From the NCBI GenBank assembly GCA_027053075.1, contig JALUEE010000078.1, positions 43,573 through 107,572 on the forward strand: a stretch of 64,000 bases of DNA, written 5' to 3'. The stretch comes from a candidate division WOR-3 bacterium. Lineage in GTDB: Bacteria > Hydrothermota > Hydrothermia > B15-G9 > WFZT01. The translations under genes were made by a program, and so were the position numbers. A model generated the notes under the pieces. It searched no databases. It saw nothing but the letters and a program-made list of their open reading frames with translations, and was not told where the DNA came from. Shown here piece by piece: positions 51,513 to 60,527 of the stretch. The stretch's first letter is position 1. The number at the start of each line of letters is the position of its first letter.

Positions 51513-51692
51513 ATGTGGCAGGTCCTCAGTCTCCAGATTCTGGGGATGCAAAGCAAGGATAAAACAAAAGGGAAAAGTACCATGAGCTACTCTTTCTGCT
51601 CGCTCCTCAGTCTTGGATGTGAAACCAGCAAGAAAGGCAAAAAGAAACGCAGGATTAATTTAAAAAGTTCACTTAGTATAAAATGCGGATAG
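51513..51692 (+). CDS. Class III lanthipeptide precursor A2 (59 aa)
   Basis: MWQVLSLQILGMQSKDKTKGKSTMSYSFCSLLSLGCETSKKGKKKRRINLKSSLSIKCG; GGAGGT RBS; three S-x-x-S-x(2-3)-C motifs. Confidence 0.9.
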   Translation: MWQVLSLQILGMQSKDKTKGKSTMSYSFCSLLSLGCETSKKGKKKRRINLKSSLSIKCG

Positions 51693-51702
51693 GGGGTGAA
51701 AA

Positions 51703-53961
51703 ATGAAGCTAATTCTTCTATATCTCCTTATAAACTATGGAGCTGTTAAAGGTAAGGTGCTCGAAAAGGGCACATCAAGGCCCGTTGAGTATGCAGTTGT
51801 CGTTGTCTTCGATAAAAGTGGTAAGCAGGCAGGTGGGACTTATGCGGATTCCACAGGTGAATTTTTGGTTGAGAGGTTAAAACCCGGGAAATACTATGCC
51901 ACAGTGGATTTTATAGGCTACCAGAAGGCCCGAACTGACACGTTTACCATTAAGGATGGAGATGTGAAAGACCTCGGGGTTATTTATCTTTCACCCAGCT
52001 ATATTAAAACTTCCCCGGTTAAGGCAACGGCAAAAGCCCCAAGGGTTAGAAGAGAGGTTGACAGGACAATTGTCACCCCTTCACAGGATGTGATTTCATC
52101 AGGTGGGAATGCGAGTGATGTGTTACGAAATGTTCCTGGTGTCTCCGTTAGTATCACAGGTGAGGTCCTTATTAAAAACAGCAAAAATTACACAGTCCTT
52201 ATCAACAATAAGCCCACATTACTCGAACCTTCTCAGGTGTTGAAAGAAATTCCCGCATCCCAGATTGAAAGGATTGAGATAATAACCAATCCTTCTGCCG
52301 AGTATGACCCTGAGAGTAATGCTATCGTCAATATTGTGCTGAAAAAGTCCACATACAAGGTGGAGAACAGCTTTTCACTGAGATTCGGCACATTTTCTAA
52401 TTATGGTGTGTCTTTCACTTTAGGTGCTGTTAAAGGTAAAAACAGCTTTTATGGCATGGGAAATTACAATAAATATTCTCAGGCACTTCAGTATGAAATG
52501 GAAATGAAAAACCCATCTGACACAATTTCCCTTGATAAAACCAACTTCTATTCTCATGACCTGCCCAAAAACATTAGACTCGGGGCAAATTTGAACATCG
52601 GAAAACATGCCACCTTAACATTCGACGGTGAGGCCGGGAAATACATTCTGGATTACAGCGGTGACTTTCTCTACAGATCAGACTCCGGTAGCTACAGAAA
52701 TCCCATTGTCGCGAAATGGACCTCAAATTTCTTTTCAGGTTCCATAGATTTCTCCAGGGATTTTGAATCGGGTAGTATAGATGCCTCGCTTTATGCGGGG
52801 AAGTTAGATACAGATAAATCTCACGAGGCACCGAAGATTGTTGATGGGGATACAGTGGGTGGAATAAGAATGAAAGGAGACGGCAGCCTCAATCAACTAC
52901 GTTTTGACTTTTCAGCAGACAAAACCATTGGAAAATTCAAATTATCCACAGGATACAGGTATAGCATGAAAAAATTTGAATCCACAACATCAACGGAAAT
53001 TATCGGTGATTCGACATACGAAAATCCTCTAAACAGCAGAAGGGTTGTCAATGCCGGATATGTTAAAATAAAGAGTAGTTACAGGAAGTTAAATTATGCT
53101 GTCGGTCTGAGATTTGAGGGAACAGACAGGAAAATCGGGAATTTCACCATAAAACGGTCCGATATTTTCCCGTCATTCTATGTTTCCACCCGTTTGAGCC
53201 AGTTCTCCAAGCTGTCCTTTAGCTATTCGAGGAGGATTCGAAGGCCTTCCGCTTATGATCTTAATCCCGTTGACGTATGGGAGACTTCCAATGAGGTGCA
53301 CAAAGGAAATCCATCGCTGAAGCCGCAGTTTAACGATTCCTATGAGCTATCTTTTGAAACACCTCTGGGAGAGAAAATTTATCTCTCGGCTTCAGGATAT
53401 TATCTTTATTCGAAAGATTACTTTAACAAAGTGGAGGAGGTTGGGGATTCCGGGATCATAGTTAAGAAAGAGGTTAATTTCCCGTATAGAAAAGAGATTG
53501 GTGGTAATTTTGACCTTGAATGGAAACTCTCAAGGTTTATGAGATTCACACTCTCACCTGAGATTTATCGTTACAGGTTCAAAAAAGACACCGGGATTGA
53601 AGATGGAATGTTTTACATGGTCCGTGCTATGTTCTCAGGCCTTGTGATTCCCATTGGATTTATACAGGCCGGTGTGCAATATATCGGTCCTTACACAGAG
53701 ACATTTGGTAAGATGGCCCCTGTCTTTGGTGCGCAATTTGGGTATATGATTCAGATAAAGAATATCGCTGTGACACTGGCATTTATGGATGTCTTTCACA
53801 CCTATAAATCATCATGGACGAACGAATCCGATGGAAACTACATCCACAAGGAGATGTCCATGAGATACCCTTCCATTTCCATCTCAATAAGGTACATCAA
53901 CCGTAAACTCCAGATAGGAAAGGGAGAAAGAATCAACTCAGAGGATATTAAGAGTATGTGA
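51703..53961 (+). CDS. TonB-dependent receptor / outer-membrane beta-barrel
   Basis: Carboxypeptidase-regulatory-like N-terminus, plug IERIEIITNPSAEYD, YSRRIRRP, GNPSLKP. Confidence 0.88.
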   Translation: MKLILLYLLINYGAVKGKVLEKGTSRPVEYAVVVVFDKSGKQAGGTYADSTGEFLVERLKPGKYYATVDFIGYQKARTDTFTIKDGDVKDLGVIYLSPSYIKTSPVKATAKAPRVRREVDRTIVTPSQDVISSGGNASDVLRNVPGVSVSITGEVLIKNSKNYTVLINNKPTLLEPSQVLKEIPASQIERIEIITNPSAEYDPESNAIVNIVLKKSTYKVENSFSLRFGTFSNYGVSFTLGAVKGKNSFYGMGNYNKYSQALQYEMEMKNPSDTISLDKTNFYSHDLPKNIRLGANLNIGKHATLTFDGEAGKYILDYSGDFLYRSDSGSYRNPIVAKWTSNFFSGSIDFSRDFESGSIDASLYAGKLDTDKSHEAPKIVDGDTVGGIRMKGDGSLNQLRFDFSADKTIGKFKLSTGYRYSMKKFESTTSTEIIGDSTYENPLNSRRVVNAGYVKIKSSYRKLNYAVGLRFEGTDRKIGNFTIKRSDIFPSFYVSTRLSQFSKLSFSYSRRIRRPSAYDLNPVDVWETSNEVHKGNPSLKPQFNDSYELSFETPLGEKIYLSASGYYLYSKDYFNKVEEVGDSGIIVKKEVNFPYRKEIGGNFDLEWKLSRFMRFTLSPEIYRYRFKKDTGIEDGMFYMVRAMFSGLVIPIGFIQAGVQYIGPYTETFGKMAPVFGAQFGYMIQIKNIAVTLAFMDVFHTYKSSWTNESDGNYIHKEMSMRYPSISISIRYINRKLQIGKGERINSEDIKSM

Positions 53962-54155
53962 TTTAGGAATCAAGTCTCGTCCCAAAATTCACTATAACCT
54001 TTTTCAAGAAGTAGCACTAAAAATTGAATGAACATCAGTGGACCAGAAAACAATTTTCCAAAGTCTTGGTTATTCAGAAATTTTAAAAAGCGTACAAAAT
54101 TATTGACACGACTATTGAGAAATGTGAAAATACAAATGATTAAAAGGAGGAGGTT

Positions 54156-55454
54156 ATGATGTCAGTAACATCCTTGATATTAGTGTTATATAGTTATTTG
54201 ATAAATGCCGGCTGTTTGTCGCTAACTGTCCCTGTGGATGCCCGAAATGCTGGAATTGGCAGATTCATGGGAGTTGCACTTTTTGAATCCCCTGCTGCAA
54301 TGGCGTATAATCCGGCGGCTATTGGATTCAAAGATGGATTCTCAAGTTACACCACCAACTTAATGACAGGTGGTTTGATTGATCCGTTGATACCTGTCAT
54401 TACATCTGACAGTATCAGACGTGTCCCATCCTGGTTTGCTAATGATACGACTTCACGGAATGAAATGCTTGGTTTTACTTACAAATTGCCATTCAAGGGC
54501 GATTTTGTGTTGGGAGTTCAACAGCAAACTTTTTTCGCGGGACGGTTCATAGCATTCAACGATACAATTAATCCAAATGATCGTATCTTCGAAATCGGGT
54601 TGGCGAAACGACTTAGACCCTATTTGAGTTTAGGAGTTGGGTTTAAGCATATACTCCAGACTTTTGTCTCCGAAGCGATGGCAGAATCGCTATGTGGTTC
54701 AAGAGCCTGTGCGCATGCAAAAGATTACGCTTTCGATTTTGGACTCGCTTTTAAATCCGAATATGGTGTGGATTTGGGATTGGCTATACAAAATATAGGA
54801 CCTGATATAAAGTATCACAGCGGATCAAAACTCCCACTTCCAAGACTTTTAAAAGTGGGGGCAGCTTTTCGTCTTGATAAATCCTATGATAAATTAATGA
54901 AATCGTCTATCGGGCAATTCTTTGAAATCCTTTTCGACTATGAATACCAGCGGGATCTGGTAAAAGGACCACCGGTTAAATGGTATATGGCAGGGACTGA
55001 GATAGGATTTCTGAAAACCATATATATCAGGTTTGGCAACGTGCATGTCAGTGACACACTTGAGGATTTTGATTACGGAACGAAGGGATTGGGAATTAAG
55101 CTTGGAGTGGTGGATGTAGATGTTGCCGAGAACTGGCTCAAACCAAATCCGCATTACCACCTTCTTGTCGGAAAATATTGGGTATCTGTGTCATTGCATT
55201 ATCCATACAAAAGGTTCCCTTACACCAATCCCGCTTTAAACGAGGCAGTGGGAGTTATGGATGCATTGTTAGTTCCCGGTGGTGGGCATATTTATCATGG
55301 CAACCCAAGGGGAATAGCGTATCTTGTTGCAACCGCTGGTTTAATGCACAAATATCTCTCGACCAATAACAAAACATACAGTAGTTTGGCCGCAGGTGTT
55401 TATGTATTCTCCCTGTTCGACTTCTTTTTTAATCTGTCAAATTGGCATTTATAG
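54156..55454 (+). CDS. PorV/PorQ-family outer-membrane protein with hydrophobic C-terminal extension
   Basis: LTVPVDARNAGIG, AYNPAAIG, FDFG, QNIGP..LPR.LKVG. Confidence 0.7.
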   Translation: MMSVTSLILVLYSYLINAGCLSLTVPVDARNAGIGRFMGVALFESPAAMAYNPAAIGFKDGFSSYTTNLMTGGLIDPLIPVITSDSIRRVPSWFANDTTSRNEMLGFTYKLPFKGDFVLGVQQQTFFAGRFIAFNDTINPNDRIFEIGLAKRLRPYLSLGVGFKHILQTFVSEAMAESLCGSRACAHAKDYAFDFGLAFKSEYGVDLGLAIQNIGPDIKYHSGSKLPLPRLLKVGAAFRLDKSYDKLMKSSIGQFFEILFDYEYQRDLVKGPPVKWYMAGTEIGFLKTIYIRFGNVHVSDTLEDFDYGTKGLGIKLGVVDVDVAENWLKPNPHYHLLVGKYWVSVSLHYPYKRFPYTNPALNEAVGVMDALLVPGGGHIYHGNPRGIAYLVATAGLMHKYLSTNNKTYSSLAAGVYVFSLFDFFFNLSNWHL

Positions 55455-55674
55455 TCTGATGTCTTTTGTATAGAGCTCCAAAGTATTATTGTAGTTCTAC
55501 AGTAGGTCACTACGCAGATATTTACTGTCTGAGAGATTATCAAACTAAATTTGTAATCACAGACTTATCTTTGACACGAAAGGAGGATTTTTAAAGAAAA
55601 ATTTTTGAAATAAGGCTCATTTTATTTACCTCACTACCCCTTCTTGTAGTGTTACGTTATCGGTAGTAAATTTC

Positions 55675-55703
55675 TTGACATTACCAGGACACAACTCTAT
55701 AAT
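55675..55703 (+). promoter_or_regulatory. Consensus sigma70 promoter of the transposase
   Basis: TTGACA-17 bp-TATAAT, 9 nt before ATG. Confidence 0.85.
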
Positions 55704-55712
55704 GGTGATACC

Positions 55713-57299
55713 ATGCCATTCATCAGAGAAATCACTCATAAAAGAAAATCCGGCAAAGAGGTAACATATATCCAAATCGTCCACTCTTACAGAGTCGGCA
55801 AAAAAGTTAAACAAAAAATCATCGGTACCCTCGGCAGAAAAGACCAACTCCTGAAATCCGGCTCCCTCGAAAGATTGGCCTATAAACTCCTGGAGATAGC
55901 TGGTAAGCTTGAGGAGTTTCAGAACGAGAGGAAGGGGATGCCAAATCTTTTCCTCAAGGATGCGAGGGAGATGGGAAGGGCATATCTTTTCAAGTATCTC
56001 TGGAAGAAGGCAGGGTTACATAAATTTTTCAGGAGAGTAGCGGAGAAGGAGGGATTGAGTTTTGATCTTTCGGAGGCGATATACGAGATGGTGTTGAACA
56101 GGATAACAGAGCCGACGAGCAAGAGGAGACTGTTTATGGAGTGGAGGGAGGAGCATGATCTGGAGGATAAGGGGTTGGAGCTACATCATTACTACAGGGC
56201 ATTGGATTATCTTGTGAGAGTGAAGATGACACTTGAGGATTATTTGTACATGAGGGGAAGGGATTTATTTTCAGGGCCACCGAAGGTGGCATTTTTTGAT
56301 ACGACGTCGACATATTTTGAGGGTGAGGGGCCGGAGGGATTGGCGGAATATGGATACAGTAAAGATAAGAGGCCGGACAGGAAGCAGGTGGTGATAGGGG
56401 TGGTATTGGGGGAAGGGGGATTGCCGATATATCATAATGTATGGGAGGGTTCGCAGATGGATTTGGTGAGTTTTCGGGGTGTGTTGAGGGAATTGAGGGA
56501 AAGGTGGGGATTAGAGGAGGTGATATGGGTAGCGGACAGGGGATGCGTATCACCGGGGTTGCTGGAAGTATTGGATAAGGAGGGGATAAAGTATGTAGTG
56601 GGGGTAAAGATGAGGAAGGAGAGGGAGGTAAGGGACGAGGTATTAAGTAGAGGTGGGCGTTATAGAGAGATGGATGGAGGGTTGAAGGTGAAGGAAGTGA
56701 GGAATGGAGGGCACAGGTATGTGGTATGTTATGATCCGGTGACGGCGGAGAGAGACAGGAGAGTAAGGGAGGAGATAATAGAGTCGCTGGAGGATGGGTT
56801 AAAAGGAAAGGGGATGGGGGTGATACAGAAGGGATATAGAAGATATTTGAAGAAGGGTGGAGGAAGATATGAGATAGACAGGGAGAAGGTGGAGAAGGAG
56901 TCGAGATACGATGGGAAGTGGGTATTGAGGACGAATGTGGATTTAGAGACGGAGGAGGTAGTGAGGGTATACAAGGATTTATGGAAGGTGGAGAGGGCAT
57001 TCAGGGACATGAAGGATGTGTTAAAGATAAGGCCGATATATCATTGGAAGGAAGAGAGGGTGAGGGGGCATATAATGGTGTGTTTTTTAGCGTTATATTT
57101 AATGCAGTACCTGGAGTTCATGATGGGTGAAGAGAAGGGTGAGGTGGGGAAGTTGATGAAGGCGATGAGGAGGTTGAAGGTAGGGGAAGTGGAGCTGAAT
57201 GGTAGGATGTACAGGGTAAGGACGGAGGTGGATAATGAGGTAGAGGGGATGCTGGGGCGAATAGGGTTGAAGTTACCGCCATTGATACGAGCCATGTAA
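55713..57299 (+). CDS. IS1634-family DDE transposase
   Basis: FFDTTSTYFEG, GYSKDKRPD, VADRG, Y..LW.VERAFR..K, RPIYHW. Confidence 0.93.
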   Translation: MPFIREITHKRKSGKEVTYIQIVHSYRVGKKVKQKIIGTLGRKDQLLKSGSLERLAYKLLEIAGKLEEFQNERKGMPNLFLKDAREMGRAYLFKYLWKKAGLHKFFRRVAEKEGLSFDLSEAIYEMVLNRITEPTSKRRLFMEWREEHDLEDKGLELHHYYRALDYLVRVKMTLEDYLYMRGRDLFSGPPKVAFFDTTSTYFEGEGPEGLAEYGYSKDKRPDRKQVVIGVVLGEGGLPIYHNVWEGSQMDLVSFRGVLRELRERWGLEEVIWVADRGCVSPGLLEVLDKEGIKYVVGVKMRKEREVRDEVLSRGGRYREMDGGLKVKEVRNGGHRYVVCYDPVTAERDRRVREEIIESLEDGLKGKGMGVIQKGYRRYLKKGGGRYEIDREKVEKESRYDGKWVLRTNVDLETEEVVRVYKDLWKVERAFRDMKDVLKIRPIYHWKEERVRGHIMVCFLALYLMQYLEFMMGEEKGEVGKLMKAMRRLKVGEVELNGRMYRVRTEVDNEVEGMLGRIGLKLPPLIRAM

Positions 57300-57799
57300 G
57301 TGTAGTAGTTATGGAGGGATATGTCAATTTGTAGTGATACATCCATTATTCAAAATCCCATGAAAACCGTTGTGCCGCAAGGGAAAGCTCGAATCCCCCG
57401 TGTCAAAGTTGAGACAGAGAAAACTATTCGAGTAGTATTGTTTTGTTGATATCTCTAAGATTCTATCCTGGTTACCAGCTTGGCCTTGTTAGACCATAGT
57501 GTAAAATCACGAAAGGACTAAAAACTAAAGCCTACACACCTAAAACCCGCGTGGATACTGAGAAAATACTCGTGAATTACTTTAAACAAGCAGTGAATGT
57601 GTTGCATAAATTTCAATTTATCTGGAATTTTAAAGGGAATTCCCTATCTCCCCTCGCGCGAAGTGTGTGGGGCAACATTCTCAAATACACTCAACAGGGA
57701 GGTGACACGCATAAATTTTTCCCATCTATGTATTAACCTGTGTTAGAAGAAAGATGTTATTAGTGCTCCTAAACTTCTTCAAAAGGAGGGTTATTAGAT

Positions 57800-59803
57800 A
57801 TGTGGATGCTGGTGATGCTGTCGCTTGTAATCCCACGATTGGACGGGGAAATAAAACTGGATGGAAAACTAAATGACCCCGTGTGGGTAAAGGCTTACCA
57901 CGTAAAAGAATTCAGAGAGCTCTCCCCGGTTTACAACAAAATTCCAGATTACTCTACAGAGGCTTATGTATTTACAACCTCAAAGGCCATCTACGTGGGT
58001 TTTAGATGCTCAGGTCCCCCACCAATTGTGGAAAATAAACCACGTGACATGGTGGCTGCTGATTATGTCACCTTCTATATCGCTCCATTTGGGTCACCTT
58101 CTACGGTATTTGCTTTCTCTGCTGATGCAGGTGGAAATATCGAAGACTTTACACAGAAAAATGGAATAATTGATATATCTTGGGATGCAAACTGGCAGGC
58201 TGCCTCTTACGTGGGAGATTTTTTTTATACTGTGGAGATGCGTATTCCTTTTAAATCTCTCACCTATAACAGAAGGACCCCATGGGGAATAAATTTCTCC
58301 AGGAATGTCAGCAAAAATAGGGCAATTTATTACTACAAGTTACCCCGTAAAGGTGATTTACTCCCTCAAATGCAGTATGTAACAGTGAAAGCTCCCATTA
58401 ACATAACTGGCCAGCTCATTCCCCAATTTGTATGGCGTAAAGATACAACCCTGAATTTCTTTGGAGAGAAAGAAGTCAAAACATATAAAAATATAGCGGG
58501 AGACTTCAGAGTTAGTGTGTCCGGGAATTCTTTTCACCTCACTGTAAATCCAGATTTTGCAGATGTCGAAGCAGACCCATTTTATGTGAATATATCTAAA
58601 TACCCAAGGTTTCTACCAGAGAAAAGACCATTTTTTGTTTACGATATGGATATTTTTGAGATGCCTTTCCTGATGGGAATGCACGTTGTGAAACTTGTTT
58701 ATACAAGGGCAATTGGCTCCACCATGATGGGGGAAATTCCCATAGACTGGGGTGCCAAGGCCGTATTGAGACAGAAAATTTTAAAAACCGGTGCCCTCGC
58801 TGTTAAAACAGATTCAGGTGAAACATTTTTATATTTCAGGCCCCTTTTTAACCTTTCAAAGTCACTTCAGGTGGGAGGTCTTATAGGAAATTATAGCCAC
58901 AGTGAAACCCAGAATCGCTTATTTTCCTTTGATTCCAAATTTAGGTGGCATAACTTCTCTGCTGTTTTGATAGGTGGCCGGTCAATCTACAAAGAGGAAG
59001 ATACCGATGAAGGAAACTTCTTAGATATGGGAGTTAGCTGGAACAATAAAGATTACGATATTACATTGGTTTTTGAGAGGATAGATTCACTTTTTGATGT
59101 CAGCAAGATTGGATTTGTTCCTGGAAGCGGATATCGGTTTAACATTAGCTTTAATAGAAGTTTATACCTCAAGAAAATTCCGTACCTCGTGACAGGTGTT
59201 AGTTTCACACGGGAAAGGGATTTAAACGAAAAACCATCGGCTGAAATATCCCATCAGCTTACCATGTATTTGAAGAATGGTAACTTCATCTCGTCTTCTA
59301 TATGGGAAGGTAACAGATATAGCTTTGACCCTTTCAGGAGGAAACTCGTTCATTTCAGAAATTGGGGAGCGTATGCAAACTTCATGCTCAATCTGCCTCC
59401 ACACTCTGTAAGAGTTTATGTTTCACGTGAGAGAACCTACAATTACCTGACGGGAAAGATAGGGCTCTACGACTATGGAAAGATCAGTTTTAACATGCAT
59501 GTATCCAAATCCATATCTTTATCGAACTCCTTATCGTTCTCGCAGGGGGCCGGCTTAAAAAGAACGATTTCAACTTTAATTACCGGGGATGTTAACCTGC
59601 GAAAAAGATTATCAGTGAGAATAGGGTATGAGAATGTATTTTCGGAGTCAGAACTTTATAGACCTTTTTACAGATACTGGGTGTTTGTGAAGTACCAGCT
59701 CGGCATTGGTGGAATATATGTGGCAATGAGTAATGAAAGGGACCAGAGTGGCGTATTAAACTCTGTTTTAGCCATCAAATTCAAATATTTCGTGAGCTTA
59801 TAA
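57800..59803 (+). CDS. CBM9-like + DUF5916-type outer-membrane protein
   Basis: IKLDGKLNDPVW, VEMRIPF, NPDFADVEAD...PEKRPFF. Confidence 0.8.
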   Translation: MWMLVMLSLVIPRLDGEIKLDGKLNDPVWVKAYHVKEFRELSPVYNKIPDYSTEAYVFTTSKAIYVGFRCSGPPPIVENKPRDMVAADYVTFYIAPFGSPSTVFAFSADAGGNIEDFTQKNGIIDISWDANWQAASYVGDFFYTVEMRIPFKSLTYNRRTPWGINFSRNVSKNRAIYYYKLPRKGDLLPQMQYVTVKAPINITGQLIPQFVWRKDTTLNFFGEKEVKTYKNIAGDFRVSVSGNSFHLTVNPDFADVEADPFYVNISKYPRFLPEKRPFFVYDMDIFEMPFLMGMHVVKLVYTRAIGSTMMGEIPIDWGAKAVLRQKILKTGALAVKTDSGETFLYFRPLFNLSKSLQVGGLIGNYSHSETQNRLFSFDSKFRWHNFSAVLIGGRSIYKEEDTDEGNFLDMGVSWNNKDYDITLVFERIDSLFDVSKIGFVPGSGYRFNISFNRSLYLKKIPYLVTGVSFTRERDLNEKPSAEISHQLTMYLKNGNFISSSIWEGNRYSFDPFRRKLVHFRNWGAYANFMLNLPPHSVRVYVSRERTYNYLTGKIGLYDYGKISFNMHVSKSISLSNSLSFSQGAGLKRTISTLITGDVNLRKRLSVRIGYENVFSESELYRPFYRYWVFVKYQLGIGGIYVAMSNERDQSGVLNSVLAIKFKYFVSL

Positions 59804-59855
59804 ATCGATCGGGAAGAATATCTTCTGATACCGACCATTCAATTAAAGTGGGGAA

Positions 59856-60527
59856 ATGCAAGGGATTGCTGTTGAAATAAGAGGGATTGTGAAACATTTT
59901 GGTAAAAGAGTGGTTCTGGATGGTGTCACACTGGAAATCAAAAGTGGGGATGTCATTACTTTACTTGCAAAAAATGCGTCTGGCAAAAGCACTCTGATAA
60001 GAATTATCGCTGGATTGATAAAAAGGGATTCCGGTGAAATTCTTATAAACGGCAGGAAGCCCGTTTACCCGTATATTTTTAAAGTACTTTCTGTTCTTAT
60101 CGATCCACCATCTTTTTACCCTCATCTAAAAGTGATAGAAAACCTCGAATATTTCAGCCACATTCATGGTTGCGAAAAGCTACCAACTGAGAAGCTTGGA
60201 CTTGCTGAACATTTAGAAAAGAGAGTTAAAGAGGCATCTCATGGAACCATCAAAAAACTTGGTCTTGCCATAACCCTGTGGAGAAACACTGATATTTATG
60301 TGCTCGACGAACCTTTCTCACACCTCGATCCTAAATCGCAAAATGTTGTAAAAGATAGGATTAACGAACTAAGAAGCAAAGGAAAAGCGATTTTCTTCAC
60401 AACTCACCAGCAAAATGCACTTGATATCTGTGACAAAGTGGCAATTCTGGAAGATGGGAAGACAAAGTTCATAGGTACCCCACAGAGCAAAGACATCATT
60501 GATTTCTTCCATGGTGTATTTGATTAG
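59856..60527 (+). CDS. ABC transporter ATP-binding protein
   Basis: KNASGKST, VLDEP, TTH. Confidence 0.85.
   Translation: MQGIAVEIRGIVKHFGKRVVLDGVTLEIKSGDVITLLAKNASGKSTLIRIIAGLIKRDSGEILINGRKPVYPYIFKVLSVLIDPPSFYPHLKVIENLEYFSHIHGCEKLPTEKLGLAEHLEKRVKEASHGTIKKLGLAITLWRNTDIYVLDEPFSHLDPKSQNVVKDRINELRSKGKAIFFTTHQQNALDICDKVAILEDGKTKFIGTPQSKDIIDFFHGVFD

Larger units (their letters stand above)
55564..57413 (+). mobile_element. IS1634-family insertion sequence, apparently intact
   Basis: IRL CTTATCTTTGACACG, IRR CGTGTCAAAGTTGAG; 5-bp direct repeat ACAGA at 55559-55563 and 57414-57418. Confidence 0.9.

Noticed and set aside
56134..57000. 288-aa Pro/Ser-rich antisense ORF
   Set aside because: Shadow of the G/A-rich transposase strand
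57696..57750. GGAGGTGA followed by a short Cys-containing frame (INFSHLCINLC) as a third precursor
   Set aside because: No standard start codon, no LxLQ leader, no S-x-x-S-xn-C motif
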